NCBI GenBank assembly: GCA_039586795.1
Contig: JBDHJS010000034.1
Span: forward strand, 70,918-108,200
Direction: 5' to 3'
From: Gemmatimonadota bacterium
GTDB lineage: Bacteria; Gemmatimonadota; Gemmatimonadetes; Palauibacterales; KS3-K002
Length of the DNA: 37,283 bases
How positions within the stretch are numbered: position 1 is the first letter of the stretch; each line of letters starts with the position of its first letter. The position numbers were made by a program, and so were the translations under genes. The notes under the pieces were generated by a model. It was given only the letters and a program-made list of their open reading frames with translations, was not told the origin of the DNA and made no database searches. Positions 25,407 to 35,528 of the stretch are shown here, piece after piece.

Positions 25407-26927
25407 TTACTGGTTCCCGCCCGGCCGCTCGACCTTGGGCGGCTCGATCTTCAACGAGCTTCCACGAGAGAGCGCAGTGTCAGCTCCGATCTCCGGAGCG
25501 TAGGCTTCACGCAGCTTGTCCTCATACATCTCCAACAGCTCGGCCAGAACCCGGTGCTCCTCCTTCACCTTCCCCCTGAACTCCGCGTCGGTGAGGAAGT
25601 CGTAGAGAACCGCCGCCTCGATCTGGGCGTCTAGCAGGAAGCCGCGGTGCCCGATCTCGGCAAACGTGTCATCAAGCATTCCGTAGGTATGGTTGGGGTA
25701 GGACGAGCTGCGCACGGAGATCCCGACACCGGGGATCTCGCGGCTCAGAAAGCCGGTCTCCTCGTACCCGGCCGGTCGGCCCGGCTCCTCGACCATGCCC
25801 GGCGCGTCGAACTGCTTCGCATAGGCCCAGAACAGCTCCTGCAGCGTGGCGAGCGTCACGCCGTCGCGGTACTCGCCGTACCGGTTCACCTCCACCTCGG
25901 TCCCGGTAGCCAGAGCCGCCGCCTTCGCCGCGTCACGCATCATGCGCGAGATATGCTCCAGGTAGACTGCATCGGGGTAGCGGATGAAGTAATCGACGAC
26001 CGCGTGGTCGGGCACGACGTTCGGCGCGACGCCACCTTCTGGGATCACACCCTGCACGCGGTGCTCGGGTCGCCAGCTCGAGCGCAGACGGTCGACCGAG
26101 GTATAGAATTGGACCGCCGCCTCCAGAGCGTTGCGACCGTTCCATGAGGCCATCTGGTGAGCGGGGCGTCCGGTGAAGATGTACTTCACGGAGTTGATGT
26201 TCAGGCAGCAGACACCGAACCCGGGTTTGTCCCGTCGTGTGGATACGCTGGCGTGGCTGCGGATGAGGATATCGGCGCCCTCGAACACCCCAGCGTCCAG
26301 CATGATCTTCTTCGCCGGCGGGTCCACTTCCTCAGCGGGGCACCCGTAGATGATCACGCGGCCCGGAACGTCGTTCCGTGCCATGTGTTCGGCCAGCGCG
26401 ATGGCGGCGGCCATGGCAACCGGCGTCTGCGAATTGTGCTGATCGCCGTGGAAGTCGCCCTTCGTTCCCCGCAGCGCGTCGTACTCGCCGATGAGCCCAA
26501 GGGCCGGGCCGTCAGCCCCAGCCGGCGAGGTCCAGGAAGCCACGAACGCGGTGGCGATTCCGGCTACCTCATCCTGCACATCGAAGCCATAGCTTCTGAG
26601 CACGGCCGTCAGAGTATCCACGGCCAAGAACTCGTAGTACCCGACCTCCGGGTGGTGTCCGATCCAATCGCTGAGATCCTGCATCTCGGCGGACCACAAT
26701 TCCTCGACTCTGGCGAGCACCGCATCCCGGTCGCGGTTCGACGCGCCGGCCAGCCGTTCCGCGGTCCGGGTCGGCTGCAGGCTAGCCTCCAGGGAGTCGA
26801 TCGTCGCCAGGATATCGGCCGCCGCCTGGCGTTCGGTCTCGGTCGACTGACCGTAGAGGCAGGCTGGCGATGCAGCAGCGAGCAGGGTCACCAGGGCAAC
26901 ACAAGGAAGACGATCCGGCAGACGCAT
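25407..26927 (-). CDS. M20D (Acy1-like / AbgB-like) peptidase/amidohydrolase with signal peptide
   Basis: HHPEVGYYE, EYDAL, GCPAEE, GRPAH, GRNALEA, GGVAPNVVPD; ATG 26927 with GGAGGA. Confidence 0.88.
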   Translation of the reverse strand: MRLPDRLPCVALVTLLAAASPACLYGQSTETERQAAADILATIDSLEASLQPTRTAERLAGASNRDRDAVLARVEELWSAEMQDLSDWIGHHPEVGYYEFLAVDTLTAVLRSYGFDVQDEVAGIATAFVASWTSPAGADGPALGLIGEYDALRGTKGDFHGDQHNSQTPVAMAAAIALAEHMARNDVPGRVIIYGCPAEEVDPPAKKIMLDAGVFEGADILIRSHASVSTRRDKPGFGVCCLNINSVKYIFTGRPAHQMASWNGRNALEAAVQFYTSVDRLRSSWRPEHRVQGVIPEGGVAPNVVPDHAVVDYFIRYPDAVYLEHISRMMRDAAKAAALATGTEVEVNRYGEYRDGVTLATLQELFWAYAKQFDAPGMVEEPGRPAGYEETGFLSREIPGVGISVRSSSYPNHTYGMLDDTFAEIGHRGFLLDAQIEAAVLYDFLTDAEFRGKVKEEHRVLAELLEMYEDKLREAYAPEIGADTALSRGSSLKIEPPKVERPGGNQ

Positions 26928-27086
26928 GATTCGATCCTCCGAGCTGGGGTCGGGGCTGTGAGGTGAGGGTCCAGTGAAGATCCGCTCTGGAACATGATGC
27001 GGCAAGTCAGCGACCTGTTGGAACCCAGGCAGTGCCGACTAGGTTTCTCTAGTAGCCAGACCGGGACTATCTAGCCAGGAGACACC

Positions 27087-27992
27087 GTGTCGATCAGACC
27101 GATCAAGCGAGTCGTTGATGCGAAGCCGACCATGGAAGGTGCTGGAGTGCGGCTGCACCGCGCCTTCGGGTTCGGCGAAACCAGCGACTTCGACCCGTTC
27201 CTGCTGTTTGATGACTTCCGCAATGAGAACCCGGATGATTACCTAGCCGGCTTCCCGTGGCATCCGCACCGGGGAATCGAGACCATCACCTACGTGCTAG
27301 CCGGTACGGTTGACCACGGCGACAGCCTGGGTAACAGCGGCGAGCTGGGGGCCGGCGACGTGCAATGGATGACGGCGGGCAGCGGCATCCTACATCAGGA
27401 GATGCCGAAGGGCGACCCACAGGGGAAGATGCATGGCTTTCAACTGTGGGCGAATCTGCCCTCGTCGCTGAAGATGACGTCGCCCCGTTACCAAGATGTG
27501 GTATCGAAAGACATCCCGGAGGTAACCGACGACGACGGCACCAAGGTCCGCATCATCTGTGGAAGCTTCTGGGGGCAGACGGGTCCGGTGGACGGCATTG
27601 CGGCGGATCCGCGCTACCTGGACGTTTGGGTACCGTCGGGCCAGCGCAAAACACTGAAGGTCGAAACCGAGCGGCACGCGTTTGCCTACATCTTCGATGG
27701 AAGCGGCACTTTCCGGGACTCCTCACAACCACGCGCCGTGCTGACCGAGGGTGGCGGACCCGATGATACGCCTGTGCACGATGCGACGGGAAACCGATCG
27801 CTGGTTCTGTTCGACCGCGGCGATGAGGTGACCGTTCAAGCGGGAGAAGATGGAATCCGGTTCTTGTTGGTCTCAGGCAAGCCTATCGAGGAGCCCGTCG
27901 CCTGGTACGGGCCGATCGTGATGAACACGCGGGAAGAGTTACGACAGGCGGTTGCCGAGCTGAATGACGGAACGTTCATCAAGCACGGCTGA
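27087..27992 (+). CDS. Pirin family protein
   Basis: DPFLLFDDF, GFPWHPHRGIETITY, QWMTAGSGILHQE, QLWANLP, GPIVMNT. Confidence 0.95.
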   Translation: MSIRPIKRVVDAKPTMEGAGVRLHRAFGFGETSDFDPFLLFDDFRNENPDDYLAGFPWHPHRGIETITYVLAGTVDHGDSLGNSGELGAGDVQWMTAGSGILHQEMPKGDPQGKMHGFQLWANLPSSLKMTSPRYQDVVSKDIPEVTDDDGTKVRIICGSFWGQTGPVDGIAADPRYLDVWVPSGQRKTLKVETERHAFAYIFDGSGTFRDSSQPRAVLTEGGGPDDTPVHDATGNRSLVLFDRGDEVTVQAGEDGIRFLLVSGKPIEEPVAWYGPIVMNTREELRQAVAELNDGTFIKHG

Positions 27993-28006
27993 GACGACCT
28001 GACCTT

Positions 28007-28765
28007 CTAGCGCCCACCGTCTACGCTGAGCGTTTGGCCCGTGATCCAGGGCGCGTATTCGGACGTGAAGAACAGCACGGCGTGGGCGATGTCTTCGGGC
28101 TGTCCCAAACGCCGGGTGGCGATTGCCTCGATCAGCTTCTTCTGGCCTTCCGCACCGTAGGACTCCCACTGCCGCTCCGTCGTGGGGTTGGACCGAATGA
28201 ACCCGGGAGCGACGCAGTTCACCGTGATCCCAAACGGGCCCAGCTCGTGGGCTAGCTGCCGCGTGAAGCCGATCAGCCCGGATTTGGCCGAGGCGTAGGC
28301 CTGAATGCCGGTAAGGCTGACCCGGATGCCCGCGCCAGATGAGATGTTAACGATGCGACCCCATGACCTGGCTTTCATGCCTGGCGCGACGGCCTGAGCG
28401 AAGTTGAAGGCACCGGTGAGGTTCACGTCGAAGATCACCTGCCACTCCTCCGGCGCGACCTCTTCCACGGGGCGACCCACCTGACCCACGACACCACCCG
28501 CGTTATTGACGAGGATGTCCACTTGTCCCGATTCCCGGGATGCCTCCTCGACAAACGCCTTCACCGCACTTCGGTCACGGACGTCCACTTCACGCGCCTC
28601 ACAAGCCGCTCCGCTTATCTCTTTGGTCTCGGCCAACTCATCGGTCAGGACATCGCACGTCCAGACGCGACCGCCCCGCTCGGCAAAAGCCCGGGACATC
28701 GCCCGACCCAATCCGTGGCCGCCGCCGGTGACTACGATCGTGCGATCGCTGAAGTCGAAGTTCAT
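28007..28765 (-). CDS. Classical short-chain dehydrogenase/reductase
   Basis: TGGGHGLG, NNAG, NISS, YASAK, VAPG; TGATG coupling to the upstream creatininase-family gene. Confidence 0.93.
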   Translation of the reverse strand: MNFDFSDRTIVVTGGGHGLGRAMSRAFAERGGRVWTCDVLTDELAETKEISGAACEAREVDVRDRSAVKAFVEEASRESGQVDILVNNAGGVVGQVGRPVEEVAPEEWQVIFDVNLTGAFNFAQAVAPGMKARSWGRIVNISSGAGIRVSLTGIQAYASAKSGLIGFTRQLAHELGPFGITVNCVAPGFIRSNPTTERQWESYGAEGQKKLIEAIATRRLGQPEDIAHAVLFFTSEYAPWITGQTLSVDGGR

Positions 28766-29463
28766 CACCATCCCTCCTCGATCACTTCTCGGGCCTCGGC
28801 TACGGCGACCTCCCAGACGGCCATCATCTCCTCATCGGAGCGCTGATAGACGCCGCCGTAGTTTCCATCGCCTATGGCTTCTCTGAAGGCCACCGGATCC
28901 AGCTTAGACTTCAAAGTCTTGTCGATGAGCGGCTTCTGCTCGTCGGGTAGCGACACGCCGGGCAGGCGCGTCCACGGGAAGTTCTCGATCCACGAAGCGT
29001 GGGAGCCCACGGGGTCTATCTCCTGCATTTTCGCCTGCGTCTTCGGCGCGATCCACCAGTTGAAGACCTTCACCTGGTGACCCGGGCGGTCGGCCACCCA
29101 ATCCCCGGCGATCGAATTCACCGGATCGTTCCCGCCGTGGCCGTTCAGAAACAGGATGCGACGGAACCCGGCACCGGAAAGGCTATTCAGGATGTCCTGT
29201 GTGAGGAGCCTGTAGGTCTCGGGGCGAAGTGTGACAGTGCCCGGGAAAGCTGAGAAGTAGGGAGAGATCCCGTACGGCAGCGCCGGGAAGACAGGAACGC
29301 CCAGCGGCTCGGCGGCTTCCTGGGCGAGGCGTTCGGGAATCAAAGTGTCGACGAGGAGACTCAGATAGGCATGCTGCTCCGTGCTACCGAGGGGGACGAC
29401 CGCCCGGTCGTCCCCCTGGACGCACTGCTCCACCTGCATCCAGTTCATGTCGGCGATTCGCAC
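28765..29463 (-). CDS. Creatininase family amidohydrolase
   Basis: PLGSTEQH...D, FPGTVTL, NGHGGN, HASWIEN. Confidence 0.9.
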   Translation of the reverse strand: MRIADMNWMQVEQCVQGDDRAVVPLGSTEQHAYLSLLVDTLIPERLAQEAAEPLGVPVFPALPYGISPYFSAFPGTVTLRPETYRLLTQDILNSLSGAGFRRILFLNGHGGNDPVNSIAGDWVADRPGHQVKVFNWWIAPKTQAKMQEIDPVGSHASWIENFPWTRLPGVSLPDEQKPLIDKTLKSKLDPVAFREAIGDGNYGGVYQRSDEEMMAVWEVAVAEAREVIEEGW

Positions 29464-29508
29464 TGGATACCTCCATGGACGCGCTGTGGCCTCGAGCTTC
29501 GCTACGCA

Positions 29509-31923
29509 TCACTCGACGCGGAACGCCACCACCGGGTCGACACGGCTGGCCCGCCAGGCGGGGACCAGGCAAGCGGCGAGCGCCACGACCACGAAGAACA
29601 GGCTGACCCCGACGAAGGTGACCGGGTCGAACGTGCCTACCTGGTACAGCATCTCCTGGAGCAGCCGGGTCGCGCCGACGGCGGCGATGACACCGATGAT
29701 AAGTCCGATACCGACCAGCGCGATACCGCGACGCAAGACCATCTTCAGCACGGTCGGCGCCGAAGCGCCCAACGCGATGCGTACGCCGATCTCGTGGCTG
29801 CGCTGCGCGACGAAGAATGCCAGCACGCCGTAGAGCCCCAGCGCCGCAAGCAGAATCGCGACGCCGGCGAAGAGCCCGAGCGCGGCTGTTACCGTGCGAG
29901 TGAAGGACACCGAGCCAGTCAGTATCTCGTCCATTGTTGCCAGGCCGGCTACCGGAACATCGGGGTCTAGCTCGCGAACGATAGAACGTACTGGCCCGGC
30001 GATGCCAACGGAGGGCCCGGCGGCGCGAACCGCCAGCCGCATGTTGAAGAACGGCCGCTGCGCGTAGGGGAAGTACATGACCATCGGCATATCCGAGCCC
30101 AACTGCGAGACCTGGACGTCGCCCACCACGCCAACGACCTCGTAGTAGCCGGGCTCCTCACCCTGATCGATCGCCACCTGGCGGCCCAATGGGTCCTGCC
30201 CAGGGAAAAGCGTCTCGGCCATCGTGGCGTTGATGATGATGACCGGTGGCGCATCCACTACATCCGTCGTTCGGAAATCGCGGCCGCCCCGCAACGGGAT
30301 CCCCATCGTCTCGAAGTACCCGGAAGTTACTGTGCGCTGATACGCCAGGCGCCATTCCGAAGCATCCGCCGGCGGATTCGCGGGATCCCAAACGGCGATG
30401 TTGTTCCCAGGGTCGCGGATCGGCAGCTGACTGATCAGCCCGGCGTTGGTGACTCCAGGCACGACCCGCACCTGCTGGAGCAGCTCGTCGTAAAACTGAA
30501 TTCGGCTCTGCCACTCCGGGTACTTCCCGCGCAGAAGACCGAGCTCGGCCGTGACCAGACCTTGTGCATCGAAGCCGGGATCGGCATTCCGCAGCTGCAC
30601 GAAACTGCGCAACAAGAGGCCGGCGCCAATCAACAACACAACCGAAAGCGCCACCTGAGCGACCACCAATCCGCTGCGGAAACGCGTTCGCGCCGTCGAG
30701 CCAACAGAGCGCGAACCACTCTTGAGATCCTCCGCCAGGTCGACTCGCGCAGCAGCCAGCGCCGGCGCGAGCCCAAACAGCAAAATGGTCACCATCGCCA
30801 GACAGATGGCGAAGATCAACACCTCGAATGGCACGCTCGCCGCCTCGAGTCCGAGGCGCGTCAGCGGTGTGGAGGCGACCAGCGTGCGCTGCAGCGAGAC
30901 CGCGACCAGCGTGCCCAGGACGCCCGCCGCCAGACCCAGCACGGCGCTCTCGGTGATCAGCTGCCGAATGATTCTACCACCGCGGGCACCTAGCGCGGAC
31001 CGCATCGCAATCTCGCCTCGTCGCCCCGAAGCCCGGGCCAACAACAGGCTGGCGACATTGGCGCACGCGATGAGAAGTACGAGACCGATGGCGCCCATGA
31101 GCATCAACAGCGTCGAGCGGAAGCCCGACACGAACGCCTCCTGCATGGGCGTGATCACCATCCCTTTGTCTTTGTTAGACGAAGGATACGCCTCGGCGAG
31201 CCGTTGCATGATGACGCTCGCTTCAGCCTGCGCATCTGTCACCGAAACGCCGGGCCGAAGACGACCGACCAGCAGCCAGTTGTGGAACTGGCGGGCCCCA
31301 GCGAACGCCTCGCCCTCCACCATCGGCGCCCAGGCATCGACCTCTTCGCCGAACTCGAATCCAGCCGGCATGACGCCGACGACCGTCTGCGGCGCGCCCT
31401 CGATCAGTACCGTGGAGCCGATGACTCCGGGGTCACCACCGAAACGTCGCTGCCAGAGTTCGTGACTCAGGATAAGCACACGTTCTCCGGTTTCAGACTC
31501 CTCCATCAAGAACTCGCGACCCAACTGTGGAGCCACACCCAGCGTGCGGAAGAAGCCGGGCGAGATCCAGGCACCCGAAATACGTTCCGCCTCGCCACCG
31601 CCGGTGATCGTGAAGTCCCGGGTGAACGGCGTCGCCGCCGCTAGCGACTCGAAAGACGTCGCCTGATCTCGAACGTCGTAGTAGTCGGGGGCCGACACCG
31701 TCCAGCCGATGTTCCCACCCGGCCACATCGTCCGGCCCAAGACCAGACGGTCGGGCTCCGGATAGGGCAAAGCGCGGAACATCGCCAGGTTCACGACGCT
31801 GAACATCGCCACATTGGCGCCGATGCCCAGTCCCAGCGTGAGCACCGCCGCCAGCACGAAGCCCGGTTGTCTCCTGAGAGATCGGAACGAGAACCGCAGA
31901 TCCTGAAAGAGCGAATCGAACAT
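29509..31923 (-). CDS. Duplicated MacB/FtsX-type ABC permease (ADOP-like)
   Basis: QDLRFSFRSLRRQPGF..TLGLGIGAN, LLIACANVASLLLAR, LVVAQVALS, GLYGVLAF..EIGVRIALGA; two MacB_PCD+FtsX units. Confidence 0.93.
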   Translation of the reverse strand: MFDSLFQDLRFSFRSLRRQPGFVLAAVLTLGLGIGANVAMFSVVNLAMFRALPYPEPDRLVLGRTMWPGGNIGWTVSAPDYYDVRDQATSFESLAAATPFTRDFTITGGGEAERISGAWISPGFFRTLGVAPQLGREFLMEESETGERVLILSHELWQRRFGGDPGVIGSTVLIEGAPQTVVGVMPAGFEFGEEVDAWAPMVEGEAFAGARQFHNWLLVGRLRPGVSVTDAQAEASVIMQRLAEAYPSSNKDKGMVITPMQEAFVSGFRSTLLMLMGAIGLVLLIACANVASLLLARASGRRGEIAMRSALGARGGRIIRQLITESAVLGLAAGVLGTLVAVSLQRTLVASTPLTRLGLEAASVPFEVLIFAICLAMVTILLFGLAPALAAARVDLAEDLKSGSRSVGSTARTRFRSGLVVAQVALSVVLLIGAGLLLRSFVQLRNADPGFDAQGLVTAELGLLRGKYPEWQSRIQFYDELLQQVRVVPGVTNAGLISQLPIRDPGNNIAVWDPANPPADASEWRLAYQRTVTSGYFETMGIPLRGGRDFRTTDVVDAPPVIIINATMAETLFPGQDPLGRQVAIDQGEEPGYYEVVGVVGDVQVSQLGSDMPMVMYFPYAQRPFFNMRLAVRAAGPSVGIAGPVRSIVRELDPDVPVAGLATMDEILTGSVSFTRTVTAALGLFAGVAILLAALGLYGVLAFFVAQRSHEIGVRIALGASAPTVLKMVLRRGIALVGIGLIIGVIAAVGATRLLQEMLYQVGTFDPVTFVGVSLFFVVVALAACLVPAWRASRVDPVVAFRVE

Positions 31924-32131
31924 CAGGAGCTCCAACTATTCGGTTGTTGTCCTTTGATGGCTGACCGCGTCGGCGAGCGAGCCGTGCCGCGGCGCGTCTC
32001 AACGCGACCCCACAACGATTGGACACATGAACAGCCTGAAAAGTTGTCAGGATCGGCGCAGTTACTGACAATACGCGGAGAGTGGCAGGGCGGGTTCGTT
32101 CCTGATAGCAATAACGATTCGCGGTCCGCCG

Positions 32132-34489
32132 CTACATGCCCGCGAGACCGACTCGGTCTAGCAGCTTGTCGAAGCGGGGATCGGGGCGCAGCGGATCCAA
32201 TGCGGGATGTACTTTCATGTGGAAGACGAACCAGGAGTTTTCGTCCACCGCCCGGTCCAACCACTCGAACGCGAGATCGTACTCACCAAGGGCGGTCCAG
32301 ACAAAGGCGGCATAGCCGGGATCGACCTCCTGCTCGATCGCTTTCTCCAACAGCTCTCTGCCCTTTTCCTGGTCGCCCATCAATGCGTAGATGGTGGCGC
32401 GATGTGCCGTGACGCCGCCTTCCTCGTCACCCCACTTCTCAGCCATCTTCTCGTTGGTCTTGAAGGCCTCGTCGAACATCCCACGCTGCGCATAGACGTA
32501 GCCCGAGTAGCCGATGGCGCTGGCGAATTCGGGCTCGAGCTCGAGGGCGCGCTTCAGTCGATTCAACGCGCAGTCGACGTCCCGGGCAAGGTCGAAGACG
32601 ATGGCGGACGTAACGAGAATGGCGTGTGAGAGCGGGTCCAACTCTTCGGCGCGTCGCGCTTCCTGCACGGCCTCGTCCATGCGGCCCAGCGCCGCAAGCA
32701 GCGTGGCATACCACTGGTGAGCGGTGGCATAGTTCGGGTTGAGTTCGATGGCGCGCTTGTACGCACGCTCTTCTCCCTCCCAATCCCGTTCTCGCCGTAG
32801 CACCTGACCCATCGACGTATGCGCCTCCGCCAGGGAGTCGTCCAGTTCGCACGCCTTAAGCGCTGCGGCCTTGGCCTTCTCGTGAGCCTCGCCCCGATCG
32901 ATGATCCGGTACGACCCCATAAGCAGGTACGTGTCGGCGAGTCCGGAGTAGGCGTGGGCGAACTCGGGGTCGCGCTCGATAGCCTTCTCGAAGTAGTCCA
33001 CGGCCTTCAACAGGCTGTCCTCGTCGCGATGGTTCCAAAGGTGGCGACCCTTGAGGTACAGTTGATAGGCCTCAACGTTGCTGGTCGGCCGAGCGGGGAT
33101 TTCCTGCGAGGCCGAGAGCGTGACCTTGAGACGATCCGCGATGGCACCGGCGATCTCGTCCTGAACCGCAAACACGTCGTCCATCTGGCGGTCCCAGCGC
33201 TCGGACCAGAGATGGTAACCGTCGGCCACGTTGATCAGCTGTGCCGTGACGCGAAGTTGATCTCCGGACTGCCGGACGCTTCCCTCCAACACCGTGGAGA
33301 CATTGAGACGCCGGCCGGCTTCCTTTATGTCTGGGCTTTGTCCCTTGAAAGCGAACGACGACGTGCGCGCCGCAACTCGGAGGCCGCCCAGCTTGGTCAG
33401 GGAGTTGATGATCTCTTCAGTAACGCCGTCGCTGAAATACTCGTTCTCCGGATCGCCGCTCATGTTGGAGAACGGAAGCACGGCGATAGAAATCTCGGCG
33501 CTCTGAGCCGGCGTGGCCGGCGGCGTGAACGTGTCAGACAAAGCACGCTGAGCGCCGACCAGTGCGGTGACGAAGTCAGCGCCGGTGGCGAAGCGCTCGT
33601 CGGGGGACTCGGCAAGGGCGGTGTGGACCGCATGCCGAACTTCGTGCGGCACCTCGCCCGGGTAGCTCAACTCCGGCATCGCCTGGCTGGCGCGTCGCAC
33701 CAGCAAGGCGATTGGCGTGGGGCCGGTGAACAGCGGCTCGCCCGTCAGCAGCTCATGTAGCACCAGGCCCAGGCTGTAGATGTCACTGCGGCCGTCGATC
33801 TCCCCCCGCTCCTTCGTCTGCTCGGGACTCATGTAGGCCGGAGTCCCGACCAGCATGCCCTCCTGCGTCAGCTGGGCGCCCTGGGCTCCGGCCTCGGAAA
33901 TCGCTTTTCCGATCCCGAAGTCGGTGACGACGGCGACGCCCTGATTCATCATGATGTTGGCTGGCTTGATATCCCGATGCACCACGCCCTGGCGATGCGC
34001 GTAGTCGAGAGCCGAGGCCACGGCGCGGGCGATATCGACCGCCTCTTCGGCCGGTAGTGGCCCTTCCTTCTTCAGCCTGTCCTTGAGCGACGGCCCGGCG
34101 ACGTGGGGCATGACGTAATAGAGGAGCCCGGAAGCATCGCCGGAATCGTGGAGCGGCAGGATGTGGGGATGGGTGAGCCGCGCCGCCATCTGGATCTCGC
34201 GCAAGAAGCGCTCGCGCCCCAACCGCGAGGCCAGATCGGGCTTCAGGACCTTGAGGGCGACCTCCCGGTCGTGCTTGAGATCACGCGCCTGGAAGACGAG
34301 GGCCATGCCGCCGGCCCCGACCTCCTTCTCGATCCGATAGGAGCCGCTCAGTGCCGACGCCAGCTTGGCTAACAGCGCCGGATCAAGGCTGGTGTCGATC
34401 GCTTCGGGCGCCGTGGGCTCTTGCCACTGGCCACGGGCCTTGGCGATGTGCGAGAATGCACCCTTGAAGCGATCGATGAGGTTAGACAT
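32132..34489 (-). CDS. Hanks-type Ser/Thr kinase with TolB-N-like and TPR domains
   Basis: GAGGMA, VALK, HRDIKPAN, DFGIG, GTPAYMSPEQ; SIAVLPFSNMSGDPENEYFSDG; TPR repeats. Confidence 0.95.
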   Translation of the reverse strand: MSNLIDRFKGAFSHIAKARGQWQEPTAPEAIDTSLDPALLAKLASALSGSYRIEKEVGAGGMALVFQARDLKHDREVALKVLKPDLASRLGRERFLREIQMAARLTHPHILPLHDSGDASGLLYYVMPHVAGPSLKDRLKKEGPLPAEEAVDIARAVASALDYAHRQGVVHRDIKPANIMMNQGVAVVTDFGIGKAISEAGAQGAQLTQEGMLVGTPAYMSPEQTKERGEIDGRSDIYSLGLVLHELLTGEPLFTGPTPIALLVRRASQAMPELSYPGEVPHEVRHAVHTALAESPDERFATGADFVTALVGAQRALSDTFTPPATPAQSAEISIAVLPFSNMSGDPENEYFSDGVTEEIINSLTKLGGLRVAARTSSFAFKGQSPDIKEAGRRLNVSTVLEGSVRQSGDQLRVTAQLINVADGYHLWSERWDRQMDDVFAVQDEIAGAIADRLKVTLSASQEIPARPTSNVEAYQLYLKGRHLWNHRDEDSLLKAVDYFEKAIERDPEFAHAYSGLADTYLLMGSYRIIDRGEAHEKAKAAALKACELDDSLAEAHTSMGQVLRRERDWEGEERAYKRAIELNPNYATAHQWYATLLAALGRMDEAVQEARRAEELDPLSHAILVTSAIVFDLARDVDCALNRLKRALELEPEFASAIGYSGYVYAQRGMFDEAFKTNEKMAEKWGDEEGGVTAHRATIYALMGDQEKGRELLEKAIEQEVDPGYAAFVWTALGEYDLAFEWLDRAVDENSWFVFHMKVHPALDPLRPDPRFDKLLDRVGLAGM

Positions 34490-34569
34490 GGCAAATGCAG
34501 CTTAGAGGGGACTCAAGATGAAGGCAAGGCGCGGGCCCTGTCCTTTTGCCTGAACGGGGGACAGGCAAC

Positions 34570-34616
34570 CCCGGTTCCCGGTTCCCGCTAAGCCGTGAGC
34601 GGCAGCCGGGGAAGCG
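34570..34616. repeat. Imperfect hairpin with tandem heptamer arm
   Basis: cccggtt cccggtt cccgct ... agcggcagccggggaagcgg. Confidence 0.45.
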
Positions 34617-34688
34617 GAAACGAGATCAGATCTCAGCCAGCTACCCCTTTACCACTGGGGGGCACCTTGTGGTGTCTGTTCCCTCTGT

Positions 34689-35009
34689 CTATTCCCTCTC
34701 GAGCTTCACTGCCGTTCCGTACGCCAGCAACTCAGCGGCGCCCGCCATGACCTGAGAGGTCACGAACCGTACGTTGATCACGGCATCGGCTTTGAGTCTC
34801 TCAGCCTGTGCTTCCATCCGCTGAATGCTCTCGGCGCGCGACTCGATCAGCATCTCCGTATACTCTTTGATCTCACCGCCGAACAGCGTCCGGAGGCCGG
34901 CAACAATATCCTTACCCACGTGTTTGGCTCGAATCGTGCTGCCGCGAACGAGACCGAGGGACTCACTCACCTTATGGCCCGGCACGAAATCGGTATTCAC
35001 AACGATCAT
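34689..35009 (-). CDS. ybjQ: YbjQ / UPF0145 family protein
   Basis: LGLVRGSTIRAKHVGKDIVAGLRTLFGGEIKEYT...ADAVINVRF...AYGTAV; GGAGG before ATG 35009. Confidence 0.92.
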   Translation of the reverse strand: MIVVNTDFVPGHKVSESLGLVRGSTIRAKHVGKDIVAGLRTLFGGEIKEYTEMLIESRAESIQRMEAQAERLKADAVINVRFVTSQVMAGAAELLAYGTAVKLERE

Positions 35010-35048
35010 ACGTTCCCTCCCTCCGGAATAGTATTCCACGACAATTCT

Positions 35049-35285
35049 CTACTCGTCATCGAGAAGAGACTTGTCGTACTCTGCACTCTCGAAGCGTTCC
35101 CAGATAATCGACCCCGTCAGCAGCAGCAGGCCGAGGGCAGCGATGGCGATACCCAGCTGAATCGGCCACGGCAGCTCCCGAATCCAGGGCCAAATGAACC
35201 GGAGCGGCTTGATTGCCCATACGAGGAGGACGAGGCCCCCCGCCCCCATCATCATGAGACCCACGAAGCGTATCAAACGGATCAT
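35049..35285 (-). CDS. Small 2-TM membrane protein
   Basis: 78 aa, two hydrophobic helices, ATGA overlap with the upstream gene. Confidence 0.75.
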   Translation of the reverse strand: MIRLIRFVGLMMMGAGGLVLLVWAIKPLRFIWPWIRELPWPIQLGIAIAALGLLLLTGSIIWERFESAEYDKSLLDDE

Positions 35286-35509
35286 TCTGAGGTGCCCCTC
35301 TCCGCCTTGTAGTCCCTAATGCGCTCGGCAAGCAACGATACCAGCACCAACCCGAAGCCGGCGATCAGAAGGCCCAGCCCGACCTCGACCTGGGTCGGAA
35401 TATCGAAGAACCGCAGAAACAGGCGCGCCGACTCGTAGAAGCCGGCGATCACGACCAGGATTGCGCCGCTCCGCCAGAGGAGGGCGCCCAACACCATCGT
35501 CTTCTTCAC
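35282..35509 (-). CDS. Small 2-TM membrane protein
   Basis: 75 aa, two hydrophobic helices, similar layout to the 35049-35285 product. Confidence 0.72.
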   Translation of the reverse strand: MKKTMVLGALLWRSGAILVVIAGFYESARLFLRFFDIPTQVEVGLGLLIAGFGLVLVSLLAERIRDYKAERGTSE

Positions 35510-35528
35510 GGTTCGAGGATCCTTTGGT

